Shown in pieces: positions 23,097 to 32,747 of a DNA stretch of 41,538 bases. How positions within the stretch are numbered: position 1 is the first letter of the stretch; the number at the start of each line of letters is the position of its first letter. The notes under the pieces were generated by a model. It searched no databases and was not told the DNA's origin. It saw nothing but the letters and a program-made list of their open reading frames with translations. The stretch comes from a virus. The position numbers and the translations under genes were made by a program. Location of the stretch: the IMG/VR virus record IMGVR_UViG_3300045988_148476, one strand, 5' to 3'.

Positions 23097-23648
23097 ATGG
23101 CAGACGACACCGAAGACCAGGTCAAGGAGCCAGATACCGGCGCTGCCGGAAACGAGCCGAACCAGCCTACAGGCGATTCGGGCCAAAAGCCGCCATGGGA
23201 GCGCGCCGGTGAGGAGTTCAGCCCGGAGAAGGCGTGGAAACTCATCGAAAACCTGCGCGCCGACAACACGAAGCTCAAGGAGTCCAACGACTCCAACAGC
23301 GCGAAACTGCGCGAGATCGAGGACGCGAAACTCACCGAACAGGAGAAGCTGCAGCGTGACCTCAAGGAGGCGCAGGAACAGCTCGCCACGGTCAATCAGG
23401 CCAAGGCATGGGCCGAGGCCCGCGCCAAATACCCACAATTGACCGAACAGGATTTTGACCTCATCGGAGGAGGCACCCCCGAGGAGATCGCAGCAAAGGC
23501 CGCAAAGCTTGCGGCACGCATCCCCGCACAGGAGGCGGGCGACGCCAAGAACATCAACCCCGTGATCCGCGCCAACCCGTCAGGCGGCTCCGACCCGCTC
23601 CATACGGAGTCGAAGGACTGGCTGCGCGACGTGATCACAGACAAGTAA
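23097..23648 (+). CDS. Capsid scaffolding protein
   Basis: 183 aa. Acidic N-terminus and a long coiled coil (KLKESNDSNSAKLREIEDAKLTEQEKLQRDLKEAQEQLA). Directly upstream of the major capsid gene. Confidence 0.8.
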   Translation: MADDTEDQVKEPDTGAAGNEPNQPTGDSGQKPPWERAGEEFSPEKAWKLIENLRADNTKLKESNDSNSAKLREIEDAKLTEQEKLQRDLKEAQEQLATVNQAKAWAEARAKYPQLTEQDFDLIGGGTPEEIAAKAAKLAARIPAQEAGDAKNINPVIRANPSGGSDPLHTESKDWLRDVITDK

Positions 23649-23658
23649 GGAACCTATC

Positions 23659-24603
23659 ATGGCAGACAACTTCAACAACACCATCGGCCGCACCGACCTG
23701 GGCGCGAGCCTCATCCCCGACGAGGTCTCCCAGGAGATCATCCAGACCGTTCCGGAATCCTCCGTTCTCCTGACCCGAGCCAAGCGCATGCGCATGAGCT
23801 CCAAGAAGAAGACGCAGCCCGTGCTCGCATCCCTGCCCGAAGCCTACTGGGTACAGGAAGGCGCACTCAAGCAGACCACGAAGACCGGCTGGGAGGACGT
23901 GAACATCACCGCCGAGGAGATGGCCGTCATCGTGCCCATCCCCGATTCCGTGGTCGATGACGCGAAGATCAACCTGTGGGACACCATCAAGCCGCTCATC
24001 GCGGAAGCGTTCGGCAAGAAGATCGACGAAGCCGGCATCTTCGGCGTGGACAAGCCCGCCACCTGGGGCCTCGACATCCTCGCCGGCGCCGCCGCCGCCG
24101 GCACGAACATTGCGCAGGGTACCGGCGTCGACCTCGCGCAGGATGTCGCCAAGCTCGGCGAGAACCTGAGCAAGAAAGGCTACGCGGTCAACGGCTTCGC
24201 CAGCCAGCCCGGACTCAACTGGCAGCTCGTCGGCCTTCGCGACGCGAACGGCCAGCCGGTCTACACTCCCAGCCTGACGCAGGGTGCCCCCTCCAACCTG
24301 TACGGCTACCCGCTCAACGAGGTCAAGAACGGCGCATGGGATGCTACCAAGGCGGTATTGCTCGCCGCCGATTGGAGCAAGTTCGTGGTCGGCATCCGAC
24401 AGGACATGACCTACCAGCTGTTCGACCAGGGCGTCATCAGCAACGCGGACGGCAAGGTTCTCTACAACCTCATGCAGCAGGACGCCAAGGCTCTGCGCGT
24501 GGTCATGCGCGTCGGCTTCCAGGTCGCCAACCCGATTACCCGAGTCGCGGCAAAGGGCACCCAGTATCCGGCGGGCTTCATCACCCCGAAGGCGAGCAAG
24601 TGA
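23659..24603 (+). CDS. Major capsid protein (HK97 fold)
   Basis: 314 aa. Position after the scaffold gene. Sequence pattern is typical of HK97-like capsids (SVLLTRAKRMRMSSKKKTQPVL...AEEMAVIVPIPDSVVDD). Confidence 0.9.
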   Translation: MADNFNNTIGRTDLGASLIPDEVSQEIIQTVPESSVLLTRAKRMRMSSKKKTQPVLASLPEAYWVQEGALKQTTKTGWEDVNITAEEMAVIVPIPDSVVDDAKINLWDTIKPLIAEAFGKKIDEAGIFGVDKPATWGLDILAGAAAAGTNIAQGTGVDLAQDVAKLGENLSKKGYAVNGFASQPGLNWQLVGLRDANGQPVYTPSLTQGAPSNLYGYPLNEVKNGAWDATKAVLLAADWSKFVVGIRQDMTYQLFDQGVISNADGKVLYNLMQQDAKALRVVMRVGFQVANPITRVAAKGTQYPAGFITPKASK

Positions 24604-25007
24604 TGGCCAAGCAGATACGATTCATCTCCCAGCCCGCCATCATCGACGGACAGGACGTGGCCGAGGTCGCCGCATTCGACGCGACGGGTCACCCGCTCAC
24701 CGTCGGATCGGCCCCTGCAGCCGGTTCGGTCACGAACGGAATGCTTGCAGGCGGCATCACCAAGGACAAGCTGGCCGAAGGCGTCATTCCCCCCGCCTAT
24801 TCACTTCCCGCCGCCAGCGCAAACGCGCTGGGCGGCGTGAAGAAGGCCGCGACCGTGGCCGCAGTCGCTTCCGCCGATGCCAACCCCGCTGCGGGTGAAG
24901 CGCCCACCAAGGCGGAGTTCGACGCCGTGGTGACCGAACTGAATGAAACGAAGAAGCAGCTGAACGCCGCACTCGTTTCGCTCAAGGCGGCTGGAATCAT
25001 CGCCTAG
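24603..25007 (+). CDS. Head fibre / decoration-like protein
   Basis: 134 aa, Ala/Gly-rich. GGVKKAATVAAVAS...APTKAEFDAVVTELNETKKQLNAALVSLKAAGII resembles head-fibre proteins. Confidence 0.6.
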   Translation: MAKQIRFISQPAIIDGQDVAEVAAFDATGHPLTVGSAPAAGSVTNGMLAGGITKDKLAEGVIPPAYSLPAASANALGGVKKAATVAAVASADANPAAGEAPTKAEFDAVVTELNETKKQLNAALVSLKAAGIIA

Positions 25008-25018
25008 AAGGGATCGTT

Positions 25019-25528
25019 ATGGCGGACAAGGTCAGAATGCCGGCTTTCGCCGAGGTCGCCGATCTCGCCGAATGGCTCGGGGAAAACATTCCCGAAAAAT
25101 CGGCCGACTGGAAGCGCGCGGAACGCTGCCTGAGGGCCGCGTCCAATCGAATCCGCCGGTACACGAAACGCAGTTGGGTCGACGAATCCAACAACCTCGT
25201 GGATTCGCTGCCGGAGGACATCGAGGATGTGACACTTGCCTGCGCCGGGCGGTTCTATTCGAATCCGGAAGGCGAGACCTCATGGTCGCGGCAGATTGAC
25301 GATGGCATGGACGGTGGCAGCAGGAAGGTCGACGAGGCAGGCCTGTATCTGACCGCCAGCGAAATGCAGACATTGGACGATCTGATTGCCGACCAGTCGC
25401 CGCTCATCGGCGGCTTGGGTGTCATCTCCACTACAAGGGATGAGCATGCCAGTCTCGACATGCTTCCTGGCTGGTTCGACGATGACAATGACAATCCAGG
25501 CTTCCTGAACGCGAGGCTGAGCCAGTGA
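25019..25528 (+). CDS. Head-tail connector (gp6-like)
   Basis: 169 aa. Called on position and on the N-terminal pattern FAEVADLAEWLG...AERCLRAASNRIRRYT. Confidence 0.7.
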   Translation: MADKVRMPAFAEVADLAEWLGENIPEKSADWKRAERCLRAASNRIRRYTKRSWVDESNNLVDSLPEDIEDVTLACAGRFYSNPEGETSWSRQIDDGMDGGSRKVDEAGLYLTASEMQTLDDLIADQSPLIGGLGVISTTRDEHASLDMLPGWFDDDNDNPGFLNARLSQ

Positions 25529-25959
25529 GCGTACCGCGATTCAAAACCGCCAGCCTTGAACGGCTGCGCTCATATGCCAATAGCCTCATGTTCGACCAGT
25601 GTCGTGTCCTCCACATGGGCAAACCGGTCACCGACCCCGAAACGGGACTGGTGGAACCGGCCGTGAAAACCGTGTATGAGGGCAAGTGCAAGGTGCAGAC
25701 CTCCGGCGGCTTGGCCGCCGAGAACACGGAGGGCGGCATCGTCGAAGCCCTCGGCGCCGTCACTCCCGTGTGGAGCATGTACGTGCACTTCCCCTACGGC
25801 ACCACGGGATTGTTGCCGGGCGACGTGTGCGAGATAACCGAAGCCAATGACCCGAACCTCAAGGGCAGGAAGCTCCGGTTGTTGAACATGCAGTCGGAGA
25901 AGTCGCATGCGACCGCATGCCGGTGGAACGTGAAGGAGGTGGGCAACAGCAATGAGTGA
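25525..25959 (+). CDS. Head-tail adaptor / head closure protein
   Basis: 144-aa ORF, GTGA-coupled. Called on synteny. Confidence 0.65.
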   Translation: MSVPRFKTASLERLRSYANSLMFDQCRVLHMGKPVTDPETGLVEPAVKTVYEGKCKVQTSGGLAAENTEGGIVEALGAVTPVWSMYVHFPYGTTGLLPGDVCEITEANDPNLKGRKLRLLNMQSEKSHATACRWNVKEVGNSNE

Positions 25960-26377
25960 CGTGACAATCGACGCTTCGGAGCTGACCGCCTTCGGACGCA
26001 GAATCGCCGCCGCTCACGCGATGGCCGGGGTCAGTATCGCCAAGGCCGTGAAGAAGGGGGCTCAGGTCGTCAAGGAGAAAACCCAAAGCGACCTGAATTC
26101 CAGCAGCAACGGCGGATTGCACGTTGTTCGTGTGAGATACGAGTTGGGAACCACCGGCTCGCAGATATACGCGGACATAGGCCCCGAAGATTCCGGCAAA
26201 ACCCGCAAACACGGGCACACGGGCCCCACCGTCGCCGCGATCGCCTTCTACGGCACCGCGCGAGGCGGCGGAACGCACAAGCCCCCCGAGCATTACGCCG
26301 AAGAAGAATTGCCCACGCTCGCCGAATACGTGGCCGATGCCGCCGACGACATGCTGATAGGAGCCATCGGATTATGA
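25952..26377 (+). CDS. HK97 gp10-like tail-completion protein
   Basis: 141-aa ORF. Called on the N-terminal pattern IDASELTAFGRRIAAA...KAVKKGAQVVKEK and on synteny. Confidence 0.7.
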   Translation: MSDVTIDASELTAFGRRIAAAHAMAGVSIAKAVKKGAQVVKEKTQSDLNSSSNGGLHVVRVRYELGTTGSQIYADIGPEDSGKTRKHGHTGPTVAAIAFYGTARGGGTHKPPEHYAEEELPTLAEYVADAADDMLIGAIGL

Positions 26378-26790
26378 GCGTCATGGACCTGACCAATGCG
26401 GGTCTCGACCTGCTGCCCTCCATGCCGTCCGGCGTGAAGGTCTACCGGCAGGAGGAGCCGTTGGAGTCGGAGATGCCGCCGTGGATCATCGCGCGCGTCT
26501 CCACCGACCGCCATGTGGCGGCGGAAACGATGCGGTTCGCCGCCCACTCCGCCCTGTTGGAGGTTCGCGCCGTCAGCACCACCGCCGACAGCGTGAACAT
26601 CTGGTGTGACGACATGCTGATCCCCGCGTTGGCGAACCGCTCCCCCACCCGGCCGCCGGGCTACACGGTCGGCCAGCTCACCCTGTACGAGGATTCCGGC
26701 GCGTATGCGGCCGGTCTGACCGCCGACGACACCGCGCGCCGCTACCAGGTGCGCGTCCTCCGGTTCCGCTTCACGTGGAGCCGACCATAG
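26374..26790 (+). CDS. Tail terminator-like protein
   Basis: 138-aa ORF, coupled. It is the last gene before the major tail protein. Confidence 0.6.
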   Translation: MSVMDLTNAGLDLLPSMPSGVKVYRQEEPLESEMPPWIIARVSTDRHVAAETMRFAAHSALLEVRAVSTTADSVNIWCDDMLIPALANRSPTRPPGYTVGQLTLYEDSGAYAAGLTADDTARRYQVRVLRFRFTWSRP

Positions 26791-26862
26791 TCAACCAATC
26801 ATTTACCAAAAGTCTTCAACGCCATCCCATACGGGGTGGCGTTTTGCTTCAAGGAGCACATT

Positions 26863-27396
26863 ATGACCCTGAAACTAGGTACAGAGATTCCCGGCACTAG
26901 CGCCGATGGCAACATCACCACACTATGGGTGCCGACGATCAAGGACATCAAGGCCCCCACCATGGCCGAGCTGGAAGCAGGCACCGACATCTCGAACTAC
27001 GTCATGCTCGGCGGCTGGAGCTTCGACCCGTCGCAGGACGCCGTATCCGACCAGCGCGAGAACGTCGTGCAGGACTTCGGGGCCCCCGGCCGCAAGAGCG
27101 TAGGAGACATCAGCATCGAGGTCATCGACAACACGAACACGGAGCACCAGGAACAGAACGAGGCCGTCACCCTCATGCACGAGGGTGCCTCAGGCTATAT
27201 CGTGCGCCGTCGCGGCATGGCCACCGACACACCCCTCGCCGTAGGGCAGAAGCTCACCGTCGTGAGCGTCATCTGCGGTGAGAAGCAGGTCATCAACCCG
27301 GACGCGAGCACCATGATCCGCTCGAAGATTCCGCTGTTCGCGAAGGCCCCCGGCTGGGAGTCCGAGACCGCAGAGATCTCGAACCCAAAAGGCTGA
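26863..27396 (+). CDS. Major tail (tube) protein
   Basis: ATG at 26863 after CAAGGAG. 177 aa. Followed by a hairpin (27406-27447) and then the chaperone genes. Confidence 0.78.
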   Translation: MTLKLGTEIPGTSADGNITTLWVPTIKDIKAPTMAELEAGTDISNYVMLGGWSFDPSQDAVSDQRENVVQDFGAPGRKSVGDISIEVIDNTNTEHQEQNEAVTLMHEGASGYIVRRRGMATDTPLAVGQKLTVVSVICGEKQVINPDASTMIRSKIPLFAKAPGWESETAEISNPKG

Positions 27397-27572
27397 CGCC
27401 TCCGACCGTGACCGCCACAGCCCGTGAGGGAGGCCGGACGGTCACGGTGAAAGAGGCCATCGCCGGCGGCTGACAAAACTTCCGCGCGGGGACTCTTACC
27501 TTTCTGGCCCCGCACGGACATTCTCTCGCCCCCATCAGAAAGGCAATCCGAAACTTGCAGAAAGGGATAATC

Positions 27573-28076
27573 ATGGCTTTGGAAGTGAAGCGCAAGCGCG
27601 TGGACGTCGACCTCATATTGGATCAGGAGAAGGCCGAACAGGTCGCCGCATTGGGAGCCGACCTGGAACGCGCCATGGCGCAGCATGTGACCGAGGGCGG
27701 CAACGCCGCCGCCAAACGCATCGCCGAACAGATCGACAAGCTGCGCGACGAGGTGAAGGACGACACCATCCGCATCACCTTGGAGGCGCTGCCGCTCTCC
27801 CAGTGGCGCCAGATGCTCGAGTCGAACACCGTCACAGAGAACGGCATCCCGAAACAGCGCATCGAGGACATCTGCGCCGACGCCGTCAGACTCATGGTCA
27901 GGAAGACCGTGCCGGAAACCCCCGTGGATGATCTGGCGAACGTCATGACCGAACTGTCCGACGGCCAGATCAGCCCCATCTGGTACGCGATCCGTGACCT
28001 GAATGCGAAGCTCATCGACCCAAAAGACGCACTCGAATCAGCCTCGCGGATAATCCGCAGACAGTCCGCGAGCTGA
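27573..28076 (+). CDS. Tail assembly chaperone (G-like, zero-frame product)
   Basis: 167 aa and acidic. Located between the major tail and tape measure genes. Contains the slippery site near its 3' end. Confidence 0.8.
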   Translation: MALEVKRKRVDVDLILDQEKAEQVAALGADLERAMAQHVTEGGNAAAKRIAEQIDKLRDEVKDDTIRITLEALPLSQWRQMLESNTVTENGIPKQRIEDICADAVRLMVRKTVPETPVDDLANVMTELSDGQISPIWYAIRDLNAKLIDPKDALESASRIIRRQSAS

Positions 28077-28435
28077 GAATCTGCCAAAAGCTCGGCATCA
28101 GCTACAAACGCTGGCTCGGCTGGGAACCATCGTATCGGGTGGAACGAGACGAACATCGGCGCATCACCGGCTACACGCCGGAAACCGAATGGGATGCGAC
28201 CGAACGCGAATGGATGCTCGCGCTCGACGAATACGAACACTCATTATGCCCCCAATGCGGCATGCCCCTCTCGGTCTGCCACGACGAGCAGACACCCTTC
28301 CATTTCACTGCCGACGTCGGCATATGCCAGATATCGCTCATGCAATCCCTCAAGCTCGACGAGTGGAAGAAAGACCATGCGGACGAGAACGAGCTGAAAC
28401 AGTCCGCATTGACTGTGGGAATCAAACCAAGATAA
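27573..28435 (+). CDS. Tail assembly chaperone, -1 frameshift fusion product (G-T-like)
   Basis: The -1 frame is open from 27998 to 28435. Slippery heptamer C.CCA.AAA at 28019-28025 is in the correct zero-frame phase. The downstream ORF has no credible independent start or SD. Confidence 0.7.
28019..28025 (+). other. Programmed -1 ribosomal frameshift slippery heptamer CCCAAAA (X XXY YYZ)
   Basis: Zero-frame codons are GAC CCA AAA GAC. After the slip the reading is CCC AAA AGA CGC..., continuing to the stop at 28435. Confidence 0.7.
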
Positions 28436-28451
28436 ATCTCAGGAGGCCGCT

Positions 28452-31400
28452 ATGGCAGGCGGATTGAACCGCAACATCACAGTCCGCCTGCTCGCGGACA
28501 CGTCCAACTTCACCGCCGGAATGGCCAAGGTCAGCGGCGAAAGCCAGAAGGCGGCCACCACCATGGAAGCCGCCGGAGGCAAATCGAAGCTCATCACCAC
28601 CGGCATAGCGGCGGCCGGAGTCGCCGCCACCGCACTGGGCGTCGCCGCTGTCAGGATGGCAGCGGACTTCGATGCCAGCATGTCGACGGTGCAGGCCAAC
28701 ACCGGAGCCAGCGCAGATGAGATGAATCAGCTCCGTCAGGCCGCCATCGACGCCGGCGCCGACACCATATACTCGGCCACCGAATCCGCCGACGCCATCA
28801 ACGAACTCGGCAAAGCCGGCCTATCGACCTCCGATATTCTCTCCGGCGGTTTGAGCGGCGCATTGAACCTCGCAGCGTCCGACGGCATGGAAGTCGGCCA
28901 AGCCGCCGAATACATGAGCTCGGCCATGGCCCAATTCAATTTGACCGGCGCCGACGCCACGCATATCGCCGACCTGCTCGCCGCAGGAGCCGGCGAAGCC
29001 CTCGGCAACGTAAGCGATTTCGGCGAGGCGTTGAACAACGTGGGCTCCACTGCCAGCAAGTTCGGCCTGAGTATCGACACCACCGTCGGCACATTGGCCG
29101 CATTCGCGCACCAAGGCATCATCGGAGCCGAAGCCGGCACCCAACTGCGCTCCGTGCTGCTCGCACTGACCAACCAGACCGAAAAACAGCGGAAGGCCAC
29201 CGAGGAATATGGGATATCCCTGTACGACGCGCAAGGCAACTTCGTCGGCATGAGCAGTCTCGCCGGACAGCTCAAGGAGAAGCTCGGCGGGCTCACCCAG
29301 GAACAGCGCAACAGCGCCATGGCGACCATGTTCGGCAGTTACGCCATCCAAGGAGCGAACGTGCTCTACGCGGAGGGCGCGAGCGGCATCGACGAATGGA
29401 CCAAGAAGGTCAGCCAATCCGGCTACGCCGCGGACCTCGCCGCCAAGAAGAACGACAACCTGAAAGGCGATCTGGAGAATCTGAGCGGCTCTTTCGAATC
29501 CCTCATGATCTCTTTGGGCGAGGGAGGTCAGGGACCATTGCGCTCCCTCGTGCAATCGCTCGACACCTTGGTGGATGCGTTCAGCCAACTGCCCGCACCA
29601 GTACAACAGGGCATAGTACTGATGACCGCGCTCGCAGGAGGCTTCACCGCCCTGCACTCCGCCATGGGGCCATTGAACGCCAGCAGCTCGCAGACGGCAC
29701 GGAACTTCGGCCTGATGCTCGACCCGTTCCAGCGAGGCATCACCGCCATACCACTGCTCAAGGAAGGCATCATCCAACTTGGCACCTCCATGCTTGGCAC
29801 ATCAACCAACGCCGGCACGCTTGCCAACGGACTGACACGAGGCCAGACCGCGATGAACGGCATGAAAAGCATCGGCAGCGGACTGTTCGCCGCCTTGGGC
29901 GGACCATGGGGCATCGCCTTGACGGTCGCGGGGGCATTGCTTGTGGGGTTCGCCCAATCCGCACAGGACGCGAAAGCCAACATCAGCGAATTCTCCAGCG
30001 CAATCGACCAGTCCGGCAGCTCCGTCGAAACCCTCATCAAGAAAATCGCCAGCGGCGAGGACAAGACATGGGACTTCGGCGACAAGTTCGCCACCGGACT
30101 AGGCTCGCTCGGCGAGGCGCTCGACAAGGCCGGCATCGACTACAGTACCTTCGCCGAAGCGGTAGACGGCTCCAAAAAGGCGCAGGCACTGTTCGACAAA
30201 CAGCTGGACGAGGCGAAAAGCCACATGTCCGCCATGCAGATCGACAGCATCAACGACAGTTACGGCAAACTATCCTCACAGGTCGGCAAAGCCAAGGAGC
30301 AGGTCAGCAAAACAAACACGGAGGTCGCCAAGGCGAAGGACAGTGCGGACACGGCCGCCGAGGGCACTGACAACTATGCCGACAGCGCGGACGGCGCCGC
30401 GACAAGCACTGAAGACCTCACCGAAGCCATCGACGGCCTTGTGAAAGGCTGGCTCAGCCTGCCGGGAACATACCTGACCACCGACCAGGCCATCACCAAA
30501 CTCAATCAGGGGATACTCGACCTCAACGAAAGCATCACGGAAAACGGGCGTGTGTTCGACGAAGGCGGCAACGTCCTCCAGGGACACGAAAAACAGGCAT
30601 ACGACTCGCAATCCGCCCTGCAATCCCTCGCCTCCACTGCACAGGACACCGCGCAGAAGATCATTGAGGAAGGCCAAGCCAACGACCGCGCCGCAGCAGC
30701 GACCCAACAAGCCGGAGACAAACTCGAACAGGCCCGCCAGGCCTTCATCGAAAACGCCCATGCCGCGGGCATGAGCGAACAAGCCGCAGGCGCTCTCGCC
30801 GACCGTTACGGCCTGACCCGCAGTCAGGCAGATGTACTGCGTCAAGGCATCGAGAATCTGAGCAATACCGCCGCCAAGGGCATCGACGTGAAAATCAAGA
30901 TCACCGATGATGCCAGCAAGGCGCTCGATAACGTGAAGCTGAAGGCCGAGAAAATCGATGACAAGACCGTGCGCATCAGCGGCGACAACACCGACCTGAT
31001 GCAGAAGATCGCGGAAGCCACCGGTGCCACCATCGACCCGAAAACCGGCAAACTCGATCTGGACAAGACCCAGTTCGACTATGCGATGGCCATCGCCGCA
31101 GGTGCCACCATCGACCCGAAAACCGGGTTGCTGCAGGGGGACAACAGCGGCATGCTGGCCAAGGTGGCCGAAGCGAACGGCTGGACCATCGACCCGAAAA
31201 CCGGCTACATCTACGCCAACGACGATCAGGCCATCGGAGTGATCCAAGGCCTGAACAACATGCAAATCGCGGACAAGTGGTTCACGATTCACGGTAAATA
31301 TGAGGATTCCAACGGTGGCACGTATTCGTCCAGTGGTTATCGTCCTGCCGGGGCGATGGGCAACATCCCCACCGGTAAGACCGGCGGCCTGTTCAACGGC

Positions 31401-31790
31401 TACGGGGTTTCGATGCGCGGCTACGCCACTGGCGGCCGTGTCGTCGAGGGCCTCCTGCCAGGCAAGGCCACCACTATGGGCGGCGACAACATCACGTTGG
31501 CGAACGCGCGCGTCAAGAGCGGCGAATTCGTGTCCAACGTGAAAAGCGTCGACTACTACGGCGCCGACCTGTACGCGGCGATGAACCGCAGGCAGGTTCC
31601 GCGTGAGAGGTTCTACAAGCCGAACCCGATGGTGCTGAGCCAGCCGGTCACGAACAACCAGACCGTCAACCAGACCATCGCACCGGTGTTCCAGCAGAAG
31701 ATCGTTCGTCCGGCGGACGACCTGTATGTGGCCGGGTCGATACTGCACCGCGACGCGGTGAAAACCGTCGGAAGGCTGAGCCGAATATGA
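28452..31790 (+). CDS. Tape measure protein
   Basis: 1112 aa. Position after the chaperone genes. Helical Ala/Gly-rich sequence with internal TM-like segments (GIALTVAGALLVGF). Confidence 0.93.
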   Translation: MAGGLNRNITVRLLADTSNFTAGMAKVSGESQKAATTMEAAGGKSKLITTGIAAAGVAATALGVAAVRMAADFDASMSTVQANTGASADEMNQLRQAAIDAGADTIYSATESADAINELGKAGLSTSDILSGGLSGALNLAASDGMEVGQAAEYMSSAMAQFNLTGADATHIADLLAAGAGEALGNVSDFGEALNNVGSTASKFGLSIDTTVGTLAAFAHQGIIGAEAGTQLRSVLLALTNQTEKQRKATEEYGISLYDAQGNFVGMSSLAGQLKEKLGGLTQEQRNSAMATMFGSYAIQGANVLYAEGASGIDEWTKKVSQSGYAADLAAKKNDNLKGDLENLSGSFESLMISLGEGGQGPLRSLVQSLDTLVDAFSQLPAPVQQGIVLMTALAGGFTALHSAMGPLNASSSQTARNFGLMLDPFQRGITAIPLLKEGIIQLGTSMLGTSTNAGTLANGLTRGQTAMNGMKSIGSGLFAALGGPWGIALTVAGALLVGFAQSAQDAKANISEFSSAIDQSGSSVETLIKKIASGEDKTWDFGDKFATGLGSLGEALDKAGIDYSTFAEAVDGSKKAQALFDKQLDEAKSHMSAMQIDSINDSYGKLSSQVGKAKEQVSKTNTEVAKAKDSADTAAEGTDNYADSADGAATSTEDLTEAIDGLVKGWLSLPGTYLTTDQAITKLNQGILDLNESITENGRVFDEGGNVLQGHEKQAYDSQSALQSLASTAQDTAQKIIEEGQANDRAAAATQQAGDKLEQARQAFIENAHAAGMSEQAAGALADRYGLTRSQADVLRQGIENLSNTAAKGIDVKIKITDDASKALDNVKLKAEKIDDKTVRISGDNTDLMQKIAEATGATIDPKTGKLDLDKTQFDYAMAIAAGATIDPKTGLLQGDNSGMLAKVAEANGWTIDPKTGYIYANDDQAIGVIQGLNNMQIADKWFTIHGKYEDSNGGTYSSSGYRPAGAMGNIPTGKTGGLFNGYGVSMRGYATGGRVVEGLLPGKATTMGGDNITLANARVKSGEFVSNVKSVDYYGADLYAAMNRRQVPRERFYKPNPMVLSQPVTNNQTVNQTIAPVFQQKIVRPADDLYVAGSILHRDAVKTVGRLSRI
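31029..31204 (+). repeat. Three exact 20-nt repeats ACCATCGACCCGAAAACCGG at 78-nt (26-aa) spacing inside the tape measure gene (TIDPKTG motif)
   Basis: Copies at 31029-31048, 31107-31126 and 31185-31204. Confidence 0.85.
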
Positions 31791-32683
31791 GCGATCTGTG
31801 GACTATGTACCCGCACTTCGGGGAACTCTATGCGGGCGGCACGCTGATATGCCGTTTCAACCCCGACGACTCCCGTTCCCGTGGCCTTTACGTCACCTCG
31901 AACGGGGTCGAGGGTTGGGACACGATGCCGGACGCGAAGGTGGAGCTGACGGAACGAGGCCAAGGTGACGGCGCGCACGACGTGCCCGAATCCGACCTCA
32001 TCTATTCGGCTCGCACCGTCACCGTGCACTACGAGGCCATCGGACTGTCGCGCGGCGAACTGCTCTCCATCATGCGCAAGATCAACCGGCTTGCCCACCG
32101 AAACGCCCGACTCCGATTCAGCGACGGAGGGGAGGACACCTACGTGGACGGCTATCTGGCACAGATGGGCCGCAGCTCCGCATGGCACCCCACGCTGGAA
32201 AACGACCTGACACTGCATTTCGTATGCCCGCGACCCGAACGCCTCAGCTGGACTCCGCACCGCTGCCAGTTGAAGCCCACATCAGACGGTCGCGGAGGCC
32301 TGTTCTACGGCGGTGCCAGGGCGGGGCTTGTATACCCGTTGACCTACGGCAGGCAGGCGACGGACTCCCGCAATGTCGGCACGCTGCTCAACAACGGCAG
32401 TTCGCGCGCCTACCCCGTGTTCACCGTCTACGGGGGTTTCGACAGCGGTGTCATCCTGCAATTCTCCGGCGGTTCCTCGATACGGTGGACGGGTTCTGTT
32501 GGCGGAACGCCTCTGGTGTTGGACTGCCGGCTGGGCACCGCGACGATGGGAGGCCGTGATGTGAGCCGTTATCTCATGTCGCGCGGCTTCCCGACCGTGC
32601 AGTCGGGTGGGAGCCTGTCGGTGTCGTTGCAGTCGGCCGGCACCGGCTACGTGGACTGCCTCGTCCGTGACACGTGGATGTGA
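31787..32683 (+). CDS. Distal tail protein (Dit-like, siphovirus tail family)
   Basis: 298 aa. ATGA-coupled to the tape measure gene. Canonical position. Confidence 0.78.
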   Translation: MSDLWTMYPHFGELYAGGTLICRFNPDDSRSRGLYVTSNGVEGWDTMPDAKVELTERGQGDGAHDVPESDLIYSARTVTVHYEAIGLSRGELLSIMRKINRLAHRNARLRFSDGGEDTYVDGYLAQMGRSSAWHPTLENDLTLHFVCPRPERLSWTPHRCQLKPTSDGRGGLFYGGARAGLVYPLTYGRQATDSRNVGTLLNNGSSRAYPVFTVYGGFDSGVILQFSGGSSIRWTGSVGGTPLVLDCRLGTATMGGRDVSRYLMSRGFPTVQSGGSLSVSLQSAGTGYVDCLVRDTWM

Positions 32684-32747
32684 CTTCCCCATCTTTTCCC
32701 CCATTCGTTTTCCTTTCCCCTATTCGTATTTTTTTGGAGGTCTGATC

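Noticed and set aside
23041-23442. Whether ORF 23041-23442 (133 aa), directly after the MuF-toxin gene, could be the immunity gene.
   Set aside because: It is an alternative frame of the scaffold gene with an Arg/Ser/Pro-rich translation and no SD. The scaffold frame has a clear SD and coiled-coil sequence.
27406-27447. Hairpin CCGTGACCG...CGGTCACGG after the major tail gene, considered as a terminator.
   Set aside because: It has no U-tract and the tail operon must continue. It is more likely an mRNA-stabilising or attenuating structure, and it is not distinctive enough to list as a feature.
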